NCBI RefSeq assembly: GCF_001186125.1
Contig: NW_014039971.1
Location: 6,605-57,955, forward strand
Source of the DNA: Sphaeroforma arctica JP610
Lineage: Eukaryota
Direction of reading: 5' to 3'
DNA length: 51,351 nucleotides
The position numbers and the translations under genes were made by a program. Positions 13,101 to 23,800 of the stretch are shown piece after piece. The notes under the pieces were generated by a model that saw only the letters and a program-made list of their open reading frames with translations, did no database searches and was not told the DNA's origin. Positions within the stretch are counted from its first letter, which is position 1. Every line of letters starts with the position of its first letter.

Positions 13101-14466
13101 TAGTGTTCCGCACTTTACGAGAGCCAGTCTGAAATACTCGTGCGGTTTGTTCTTGGTTTACGTACCGGACGTGTATTTACGTAACCCCTTTTTCTCTCGG
13201 CCTACTTCTTTAGATCGCGAATTCGACGCTGAGGAGCCTACAGATGGCCGAGGATGAATTAGAGGAGCAGGTTACGCAAATGGACATCGTCTACCACGAC
13301 GGATCGCTGCAAAGATTACAGGCACAGTATGTACTGATTCGATATTAAACGGTTTAGGTACGCGTGCGAAGGGTCCAGATCACAGCAATATCTATCGATG
13401 GCCGCCGATAATCATATGTGTGGCTATCCGCAAAAGGCCAAGTCCTCTCTGCGTTTAGTCAGTCTCCTGTACACATGGTTGCTTCGCTCTTATCATGTGT
13501 CGCTGCTGTCGGCGTTTGGTCAGGCAGATCCGCGTGCGCTCCCTTTCTCGTCTGTACATATGTTGCCAATCTGGTCTACGCCGAATCGCTCGGTGGTATT
13601 GAAATCAGGCACCTGGCCACTACTAAGCCTGTATGAATCAATAGACTGTCCTAGATACACTTTGAGCTTCGAGAATACTAGCACTAGCCTTTCACCCTTT
13701 TAACGCCAACGATCCCAGGACCAGGATTCTTTATGCATCGGTCCTAATTGTCCTGTTTATTGCTTACATTTTCCCTTAAAGCTGCGCGTACCATAACTAA
13801 GGGTCTCTCTAACCACTTTACTAGCCCGTATGTATCGAGATACGGGTGTTCGTATTCACAAGGCATATCACTGCACATTCTGCGTATTAACTGGAAAATC
13901 GTTCCTAGGTCCCACTCATGCTACACATACAATGTCCATTCTTCAATGCCACTCCATGCACCCTCGCATAGTCCGCTTGACACCTGCGTCCCTCGAGGAC
14001 CCATAAATCTGTTAAACAGGTTCCCTTAATTGCACTGACCCGCAGATGACTACGTTCGCTTCTACTCGTACAAACGCAATGGCATATACTCATGAACTAC
14101 ATCACAGCTAACGAATAGAGCACCCGGCTCGTCGTGCTACTCTGACCCCTCTCACTCTGTAAAGATACAAAGATCCAATAAACTACATGCGACCAACACT
14201 CGTACTATCCCAACCACGCTAATCCATAGCCTGCTCAGCATATGGTCTAAAAATAGCCACCAATCACAACGCCTCAAACTCCCCCGCGCTACAGATACGA
14301 AGACCAAGTGCAGCGCCAGGTGGCCGAGCGCAATCAGATGATTCCTGCGCTGTACGCGTCACTGAACGACGCTGTGTCGCTGAAGGAGCACGTGAGCGAC
14401 CAGCTGGATCAGCTGAACAAGATGGCCTGCGCCGCCATAAACGACATCATGAGTTTCCAGCGGTGA
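1170..14466 (+). CDS. NDC80: Kinetochore protein NDC80/HEC1, 16 coding exons, ~656 aa
   Basis: Hand-spliced GT-AG exons with consistent phases: 1170-1279, 2701(or 2704)-2928, 3317-3429, 5158-5261, 5829-5890, 6342-6441, 7484-7591, 8555-8703, 9342-9433, 10162-10340, 11236-11331, 11540-11608, 12123-12305, 12621-12713, 13214-13326, 14295-14466 (TGA); total 1971 nt. A basic RRS-rich tail is followed by KDTRPLSDKEYRKQCCAHMFRYLTTNGYSHPISIKLLTQPMMKDFLRIFQFLY and RYPFVLKQSSLLAFTPMEWPSLLGALHWLVEL (Ndc80 calponin-homology region), then coiled coil with NQELSPTDVLRIN and the loop-like AYHELAGSIGVVPSSAKNAAG. An extra exon inside gap 1591-2537 cannot be excluded. Confidence 0.93.
1591..2537. other. Assembly gap (N run) in NDC80 intron 1
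   Basis: Run of N preceded by a (TA)n microsatellite. Confidence 1.
3584..4782. repeat. Minisatellite, ~59-bp unit, ~20 copies (NDC80 intron 3)
   Basis: Unit approx. gtgtggtgtctgatatgtgatggttatatgtgattggtaacttgaactcatttgcaaat. Confidence 0.97.
5349..5650. repeat. GT-rich degenerate tandem repeat (NDC80 intron 4)
   Basis: Recurrent gtatggatatgtgagtgtgcgtgtgtgtatact interleaved with (GT)n. Confidence 0.85.
6453..6728. repeat. Minisatellite, 46-bp unit x6 (NDC80 intron 6)
   Basis: ctcgatatgtggatgtatataaatagataaccgcccattaatgtat starting at 6453, 6499, 6545, 6591, 6637 and 6683. Confidence 0.97.
7746..8550. repeat. Minisatellite, ~40-bp monomer / ~79-bp dimer, running up to the exon 8 acceptor (NDC80 intron 7)
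   Basis: Repeated tactggtattatatagtcatataaacctttgtttgtatcc alternating with tactggtaatatatattatatagtggtttgtgtgcatac. Confidence 0.93.
9133..9302. repeat. Short tandem triplication (NDC80 intron 8)
   Basis: gagtacaaatgccgaggtgactagtagg-like unit occurs three times. Confidence 0.85.
12950..13184. repeat. Direct duplication, ~111 bp, period 124 (NDC80 intron 14)
   Basis: acatatgatccatcagcaagagaacgg...gtatttacgtaa at 12950 and 13074. Confidence 0.95.
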
Positions 14467-15635
14467 ATGGGGAAACGGTTGGTGGGCGAGAGGGTGAAGA
14501 TAGGACGTATGGGGGTGTATGGAAACGGAACGATAGTCCTGGTGTAGGATTCGAAAGGGTTGCCAGGCAGCGTGGCAGAAGATTTGATCACTTGGCCATT
14601 TGTAGATATAGTTCTGGTGCGGGCCACACAATCCACACTGAATCACAGGAGACTTCATCGAGTCCCTATCATTTATATATAACCGCTGTCTAAGGCAGCC
14701 CTTCCGTTAGGTACGGTACCCCGATGGTATTCGCAGTCAGCGGTCGTCCCGAACTATTCTGGCTGTCCTAACCACAGCTATAGAGCGTGCTGTGGTGCCT
14801 CAAGCGAGAACCCAGTGCTCACCCAGGATTGACATACATACTGAACACATGCCGCAGAAGACACAGTCCGCACAATGTAAATAGATAAACACAACCAGTC
14901 ACGTCTGGATCAGTTCGGCGACTTGACTTAACAAGTAATGAGGGGCGGGGAGACGACTGCGTGCACCGGGATGAGCTTTGCCATCAGTTGGCACCTACCA
15001 CAGAGCATGGTGCGGTTCAAGAGGCAATCACAGTATAAGGACTAACATCATATTAGATGTCAGAGGATGGGCCCGGCAAGTTTTTGGTACAGAACTTTGC
15101 AGCGTGCGGACTATTTTACTCGGCATGGGACACTCTGTCGGCTGAAGCTTGTCGACTTGGAAACCGCAATCGAAAACTGAACAATTAACTCGCCTCAGTT
15201 CGAGTGAATAAATTATCCATGCACGTTTGTAACACGTTAAACGTTGAGCGTTAAGAGAATCTGCGACGCATATTCAAAGTATAGTATATCCATCAAGGTG
15301 TTCTACTGCAGTACGCTTTTCAAGGCAAGTTTTCATATACATATTTGTAAGAACTAAAGTAAGAGTGACGGAGACAAATGTGTGCACCCGAGCATCATCG
15401 GTACCCACGATTGTCAAGAGAATAAAAATAGCATGAAACATGTGCGACTAGGCAATCAATATATGGTCAAGGTAGATTGTAATAGCTATCCGAGGACAAG
15501 CCTCCACAAGATCTTGATATAACTCAGAAACATGCCCAATATTACTCCAGTATCATACATCCGTCACTACTTCGACCTCAGCCTCTCGAATGTGAAATTG
15601 AATTGATGATCTCCCCTTGAGTTGAAGTGAGTCAA

Positions 15636-15837
15636 CCTTCTCGACATGTGTTGTATGACAACAGACTGGGAACATAGAGACAATGCGTGCACTTGATCCA
15701 AAGTCTAGTGTATTCACTTAGGGTCCGGCAGGTATTTGGGGGGCCTTCCAGACATGTGTTGTATGACAACAGACTGAGAACATAGAGACAATGCGTGCAC
15801 TTGATCCAAAGTCTAGTTTATTCACTTAGGGCCCGGC
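15636..15837. repeat. Direct duplication, period 108, downstream of the GCN1 stop codon
   Basis: gacatgtgttgtatgacaacagactg...ttcacttaggg at 15643 and 15751. Confidence 0.95.
15817..15822 (-). promoter_or_regulatory. Candidate GCN1 polyadenylation signal AATAAA
   Basis: tttatt on + strand, 76 nt downstream of the GCN1 TAG. Confidence 0.45.
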
Positions 15838-15897
15838 CCGGCAGATGTGTGTGTGTGGGGGGGTGGGTGTTATTTTTTGCGTTTTAAAGTATCTGTT

Positions 15898-18800
15898 CTA
15901 CTCCTCATCGTCTGTCAAATCGGCGACCTGTCCAAGTACTCGCTGTGTAATCGAAAGACAAAAACAGAATTCATAGTGAGAATCTATCACACCCAAAGGT
16001 TTGGTTAATCAAATAGGCGCACCCCATGGTACAACAGGAGCACAAACGTGAACATAGATATAGCTTGTTGGTTTGTCCGTGTACTTGCAAGCACAGACGG
16101 CGTGATATGAGATTGGATGGTTTCGCCAGCTTAAAACGAACAAAGAACTTTATGTACACAATATCGTTTCCGTGGTAACGACGATCCATCTACATACCCG
16201 CCGACACGACTCATGTCACGTCCAAGGCCATATATTGATAAAATGAAGCATCACTTACGATCAAGCAGCAACAGTTACCACTTAATCCAAACATCCCAAA
16301 GCCCAATAGTACAACTGGCAGCACACACAATGTTGAAAGCAGAGCAATACCCCGCCTCTGCCTAAACCCCTCATAGAACATAACCTGTACCCGTACTACA
16401 AAGCTGCAACAACATAACTTGTGCGCGTGCTACATAGCTGCAACAAAGACACGCCATAAACAGCACGACCAGAACAGCGTGCTAGCAGCGCCACTTACAT
16501 CGGCATAGTCCTTGAGCACGCTGGCGGCAGGGCCCGTCATATTGGACACGGCCATGTCAACGCCCCACGTGCCGTCTCGCAGATGCAAACAGTGCACCAG
16601 CGCTCGCTCGGCTGCGCGCTTGACGTACATGTGCTGCTTCTCCTGTGGGTGTGGGTGGGGGTGTGTGTGTTGGGGGGGGGTGAACGAGTGGCGAGTGCGA
16701 GTGCGTATATGCGTGAGTTGGTGTTGGGAAACGAGGGTACGTACATGCAACAAGCATTGCGGAGAGTAGTCGGAGGGTGGTACTGCAGTCTGCCATGCAT
16801 ACACCAAAACACAGGTGTGTGATGTGGTTTTGTATCGCTTGCGTCGTGTTTGTGCAGTTCTTGCACGCATTGATAGATCTAATCGTTCGCGTGCGTCACA
16901 CCCACATCGGGTCGTCCAAGGCCCACCACCACCACAGTCCACAACCGTCCACAAGCAACTCCGTATGGAGAATGTCCGGTACACTCGCGATAGTAATGAT
17001 ATTATTATTATTTAATTTGGGTAAATAGATACCCTCTGTCGCATATGTCAAAGCCGACACCGGAGCCTAGTGAAACATACCAAAACCCCTGAACATACAC
17101 ATTGCACCCACCCAGAAAACACACCTTCGCAACCGTTAATAAAGCGGGTAAGACCAGTGTCTGCACGGGCTTCTCGTCCGTGAAGGCAGGTGACCTCTTG
17201 GCTAAGTCAGCCACCACCTGGCACCCCCTGTGCCTCTGGTCACTCTGGGGACCTTGGATGGCTGTCACAAATGCTGGCAGGATACTCTGTGGCAGGCTGT
17301 GAGTGTGTGGGGGTGGGGTGAGTCGGGGAGTATCCATCCGCATGCCTGGGTGTGAAGCGGGCTATAGTGTGCGTTCAGTACTTGCTAGATCGTTTGGGTG
17401 AGTGCTGGGCGTTCGATTGGGGTTAGTTACAGCGGCGTGTAGCTTGCCCCCTTCGGTTGTAAGTGCTAAATAAGACGCGTAAGTGGGCGTTTCTCTCGAT
17501 TTACAAGTCAACCCCCGTGCCACATTGCACTGGTGGAGTGTTGTGTGGCCATGCTTGTGCGGTGCAAGTGATTCTGCGGGCTACGTAGAGCACTTGGGGA
17601 TCGGTGTGCGCACTCGCAGTACCCGGTTGAAATATTGATAGAGCTAACTGGACGCAATGACTACGATACTTAGGTCAGCACTGACAGGTACAGAGTTGAC
17701 AACAATATGCACACGACCGACTCCGAAGTGGACTATAAGTATACGGTGGGCCATTATCTGAGTTGCATGACACCGACACCCGTCCTCAATTTGCTAAGTA
17801 GCTGAAACCGCTCTAATGGTGACTATCTATAATAAATCCAGGGGAGAAGTTGGGAGAAGGACACATCTATCTGGGAGAGTACCTAACTGCCCCAACAACT
17901 GTACCTGTGCTAAGGTTTTCGTTTAAAAGCTCTACCTTGCCTTGCCCAGGCCAGCCATACCTCTGTGACGTATGTCCTTCCTCGGCGGTCAGGTAAGTCA
18001 GCAGATTGCCACACGCCTGTAACGCAGCGCAGGCGGTATCGCCATTCTTACTGCTGAGTCCCCGGACAACCTCTCTTTCAATGGGCAACTGTCGGTCGCT
18101 GGACCACACACGCGCCACACACCCAGTGGTAGGGGATAGGGCAGCTGCACAGTTAGGCCAGGTGAGTGGATGCGGTGTATTAGTACACAATACCGCATGG
18201 ATGTGTGTGTGTGTGTGATATGTGATTGTGTGTGTTGCACACCCAGAAGTAGGGGATAGGGCAGCTGCACAGATAGGCCAGGTGAGTGGATGCGGTGTAT
18301 TAGTACACTATGCCGCATGGATGTGTGTGTGTGTGTGTGATATGTGTTTGTGTGTGTTGTACACCCAGTGGTAGGGGATAGGGCAGCTGCACAGACAGGC
18401 CAGGTGAGTGGATGCGGTATATTAGTACACAATGCCGCATGGATGTGTGTGTGTGTGGGTGTGTGGGTGTGTGGGTGTGTTGATAGTCTGTATCATAATA
18501 CTATATCAGTAAGAACTCGGACAATACCAAGGCACTCCATCTCGCTTCAATGCAATCGACACCAAGAAAGGCGACTACAGCGCCAATTTCTAGATTATTC
18601 GCCTGGGCCCCAGACAAGTATCAGCCAAGATGCACAGTGACACCCCATACAAACCTGGTCACAGACCACCGCTACCGGCACACCCCACCCAATTACTACA
18701 CACACCTCCAATTAACTAAGCTGCCTACACATTTTGGGGCAGTGTTTAAGACATGCTTTCCCCATGGCACACTTGACGCCTGAGCTACAGCCACATACCA

Positions 18801-20140
18801 GATCGGGTGCTCAGACTTCGCTGTGGACCCTAAACCTTTAAACCCTATAGTTCCCCGACTCACGCGTCAGATAAGAGTGCAAAGGATTCGCCGCTGACCA
18901 CAAACCTCCCAAACCCCTAGAACACTAAACCCTAGACATGTACCTACTACATACCAGAGAGGGTACATAGATTGCGCTGTTGTTCGTTGGCTGATGTGGG
19001 GGGGGCCAGCACCTCATTGTCCAGTAGATTGTTGAGCACATCGTCGTCCATCGAAGTGCCCAGACATCCCACACAGGTGGCCGCCAGCGTTCGCACTCTG
19101 GGGGGAGAAGATGGGGGGGGGGGGCAGAGATACAAAATACATGCAGCAAGGAGGTGAACAGGATATATTGAATAAGCAGAGATAATACATGCGGCATAGA
19201 GCGATTTACGGTTTAGGGTTTATGCCCCTTTCGGCGTAAGTACACTACAGATAGCAATGCGGCTTGCCGCGTGGTTGTGCCATACGTGTACAGAATATGC
19301 GATGTCTTTCAGCGCGAAAGCTCTGCCCATACTAAGGACTAGCTTAATATAAAATAGTAGAAGCTTGCAAGTGGAAATAAATATTAAAAATATGTTATAG
19401 CATGCTCTGGAGCTGTTGGTCGCCACTTCGACTTACTCTTCTTTGTCGTCATCCCAGATGTCTTGTAGTATTCCGAGCGCGAGTGTTGTAGATTTCTCAG
19501 CAAATTTAGAAGCACCCTGCATATACGGGAATACGATGCATGCAGTATCAGAATCACATACACACGCATACAGGAAAAATGAAGTATCAGCAACATGTAC
19601 ACACGCATAGAGACATAATAAGGTAAATGAAGCATCAGAAACATGTATGAAATGTGCGCTATAAACCTACATGCTAAGCCTATATGCCTCGATATACTTG
19701 AGCCGTTGGTTAGTGCCTATGTGTAATATGAAATGCCGACCACGTCGCCGCAACGTTCCGTGAACCAGTACAACCCTGTCAATCTATCAACCGGCACCCA
19801 TCTATCTACACCTACCAGGAAGTCAGTCTGTTCAGAGAAAATACGGTACAGTATAGTATAGTATACTTACCCCACGAATAGTGTTGGCCAAAGCCTGTAG
19901 CATAGCCGACCGCGTGGGCTCCTCACCGTCTGCCACACCGTTGCACAGCTCAATGACCAGTGCGTCTATGCGGTTGTGTACAGCGGCCATGGGTAGGAAG
20001 GCCTTGGCTGCCTTGCCCCGTACTACCTCATGGTGATCCGCAAGTGCCTGAGAATTGATTGGGTAGAGTTGGTAGCGATATTGGAATTCATCAAAGATGT
20101 ATGGCGCGAAGTAAGGGGGAAATGTGTATGTAAGATACTA

Positions 20141-20196
<56 letters not shown>

Positions 20197-20225
20197 GTAT
20201 ATGAATATATGAATATATTATATGA

Positions 20226-20264
<39 letters not shown>

Positions 20265-20809
20265 CATATATCTATATAAATACATATATATATGTTCATA
20301 TATACATATATATATTCATATAAATATAAATATAAATATATATATACGTGTGTGTGTAAGACAACCATTCACATATCATCCGCAGGCTTTCGTAGTAAGA
20401 GAAAATTGACAATACATTATTGAGGCTTACGCAAGGCTTAAATAAGAAACGTAAGACTGGAAAAACAACCCCGACACACAAAGGATTGCGCAAACGCCTC
20501 GCACAAACGAGGGCAGTATAGTCCTTCACCCACCCGTGTTGTGATAAGATATGTAAATAAGCCTACTCAGATAGATACAATCCTAATAACGCCCACAAAG
20601 ATGGCATTTGAGTCTCGAGGAAGGCTGCAACAGACACCGTAACAGAGGGGAGTGGTGCGTACCTTCAGGAACGTCGTCTGGAGCTGTGGTAAGAAGGCCT
20701 TTAGCTGCACCGACGACTTCTTCAGCAGCAGCATGAGTGTGTCAATGATAGCCGCCTTCACTTGCCAGGCAAATCGATCGGACACCACACGGATCAGTGG
20801 GCCGGTGAT
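15898..20809 (-). CDS. GCN1: GCN1 C-terminal part downstream of the assembly gap (8 exons, GCN2/RWD-binding region)
   Basis: Begins [25 protein letters not shown] and ends [14 protein letters not shown]. An automated annotation could call it a separate gene because of the N gap. Confidence 0.9.
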
Positions 20810-23800
20810 CTGCAATAAGAGCCATGGATGATACAAATGGGCCAGATGAGAGGTGATAAGGAGCTTTGCCATGAACAACTAACAGTATCAACCGGAAACA
20901 GATACCTGTGAAGAAACCTGGTGGTCTGGGATGAAAATGGGGATGTGCGCAAGGATGATGTGGTATAGACTGGAGCACCCAGTTTTACTGCATTTCAAGA
21001 CTCGCGAGTTTCACTGAGTACAAAGCTCTCGCCAGCATAACAAAAGCACTAGCACTACGAAAAGACCGAAATGGTATGTACCTATAAATATATATATANN
21101 NNNNNNNNNNNNNNNNNNNNNNNNNNNNNNNNNNNNNNNNNNNNNNNNNNNNNNNNNNNNNNNNNNNNNNNNNNNNNNNNNNNNNNNNNNNNNNNNNNNN
21201 NNNNNNNNNNNNNNNNNNNNNNNNNNNNNNNNNNNNNNNNNNNNNNNNNNNNNNNNNNNNNNNNNNNNNNNNNNNNNNNNNNNNNNNNNNNNNNNNNNNN
21301 NNNNNNNNNNNNNNNNNNNNNNNNNNNNNNNNNNNNNNNNNNNNNNNNNNNNNNNNNNNNNNNNNNNNNNNNNNNNNNNNNNNNNNNNNNNNNNNNNNNN
21401 NNNNNNNNNNNNNNNNNNNNNNNNNNNNNNNNNNNNNNNNNNNNNNNNNNNNNNNNNNNNNNNNNNNNNNNNNNNNNNNNNNNNNNNNNNNNNNNNNNNN
21501 NNNNNNNNNNNNNNNNNNNNNNNNNNNNNNNNNNNNNNNNNNNNNNNNNNNNNNNNNNNNNNNNNNNNNNNNNNNNNNNNNNNNNNNNNNNNNNNNNNNN
21601 NNNNNNNNNNNNNNNNNNNNNNNNNNNNNNNNNNNNNNNNNNNNNNNNNNNNNNNNNNNNNNNNNNNNNNNNNNNNNNNNNNNNNNNNNNNNNNNNNNNN
21701 NNNNNNNNNNNNNNNNNNNNNNNNNNNNNNNNNNNNNNNNNNNNNNAGATTGTGGGGTAGGTGGTTGGTGAGTGGCTGGTTAGATTGTGGGTTAGGTGGT
21801 TGGTTTAGATTGTGGGATAGGTGGTTGGTTAGATTGTGGGTTAGGTGGTTGGCGAGTGGCTGGTAAGATTGTGTGGTAGGTGATTGGTGGATGTACTAGC
21901 GTGAGTTCAGGGAGCATCCGAACCAGCGCACAAAGATCGAGCACAGACACACGTGGGAGGGTGTCGCACAACAAGCGGGGGGCAGGCCTAAACGGTTACG
22001 TGGTCGTGGTTTAGTACTGGGCACGAACCGACGAGAAGCATTCATATATGGCACACAAACGCAAAACATTGGCTAGGGTGATGCCTATTATTAAATAAGT
22101 AGAACCCCTCCAACATACACTTCTCACAGCAGTGGGGGATGAGACAACATACTATAACAGCCAATCAATAACAACCAATCCATGTCTATCAAACAGAACG
22201 AACCACTACCAAACTAACATCTCGGATACGCATCTTGAGTAACACAACATGTCAATTGTGTGGGTATGGCTATTGCTAGAATGTGAAAGCGCTGACCTGT
22301 GTGCAATTAAAAAAGCGTGTACACGCCCTGCATGTGTGAGTACAACTTCTACATGGCATACACGAACTCTAACAGTACATATACAGTCTTTGTGTGGATA
22401 TACCACTACATAAACATGCTCATATATACACACATACACATACACATGCTCGTGCCCGAGCACATACACAGACCCTCTCCTTCCTGTTCTTCACATACCT
22501 CAATGTCATATGTATCGGCAATGACAACAATGATCTTCGATGCGACCTCGCGGTAGACGGCCTTGTGATGTCTGTGTGAGTGAAGCAATATGTGAATGAA
22601 AGCAATTACGCGTGTATGTAGCTATATGTCTTGTGATGTCTGTGTGAGCAAGGCAACATGCCAATGAAAGCAAATACACGTGTATGTAGGTATATGCCTT
22701 GTGATGTGTGAGTGAGTGAAGCAATATGTGAATGAAAGCAATTACGCGTGTATGTAGGTATATGCCTCGTAATGTGTGTGTGAGCGAAGCAACATGTCAT
22801 GAAAGCAAGTACGCGTGTATGTAGGTATATGCCTTGTGATGTGTGAGTGAGTGAAGCAATATGTCAATGAATGCAGTTGTGTGTGTAAGTAGATATATGA
22901 TCGGACAACTTTGAGGGCGAAACAGCACGCGTAGTTGTAGTAAAACCATTAGGGCTACCACATCTTTGCCAGTTGGTGCTATACTAGACCTTGTCTTATG
23001 ATAACGCATATGTGAGCTACCTTTTCCCCTAGCTATACACGCTTAGCGTACACAACAACCTGTACGTTTTCGCAACCTAGTGCTTTATACTTGCCAGAGA
23101 CCGGAATGAGGTAAGTACGTATCCCTGTAAGCGCGTGCTCAGCATGAAACATAATGTATGGTCGGGCATATGCACAAGCCTATGCCACCTAACCCCAGCT
23201 CATACGCAATCACTAGCTGAGAGTACACATATCTAGATAGACCACATCTCTGTGCACAAGCCTATGCACAACCTAAGCCCAGCCCATAGGCAATCACTAG
23301 TTGAGAGTGCATGTATCTAGATAGACTACATGACATACCCAAGCATCTCGATCAGCTCATTCATAACCACGGACTGGCCCTTCCTGGTTTCCAGGCACAT
23401 GATGATTTGCTCGAACGATTCTGCGGGCACAGGGAGATCACGATTCAATCACATGCGCAACCGTACGTTATACATAGTCGTGTGCAAAGCCCAACCGCGG
23501 CATGCTCAGTCGACCGTTTATGACACCACTACGGCCAACGTAACCAAAACACTGCGAGATGTATATAGTCCATAACAAGTGGTGATATGCGTATATCTAC
23601 TACGGAACACTGCGAACTGTATATAGTCGATAACAAGTGGTGCTACGCGTACATCTACTACGGAACACTGCGAACTGTATATAGTCCATAACAACTCGTG
23701 CTGTGCGTATATCTACTACGGAATACTGCGAGGTGTATATAGTCCATAACAACTGGTGCTATGCGAATATCTACTACGGAATACTGCGAGGTGTATATAG

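Noticed and set aside
18828..19222. Scattered CCCTAAA/TTTAGGG telomere-like or telo-box motifs
   Set aside because: Only a few degenerate single units, not an array.
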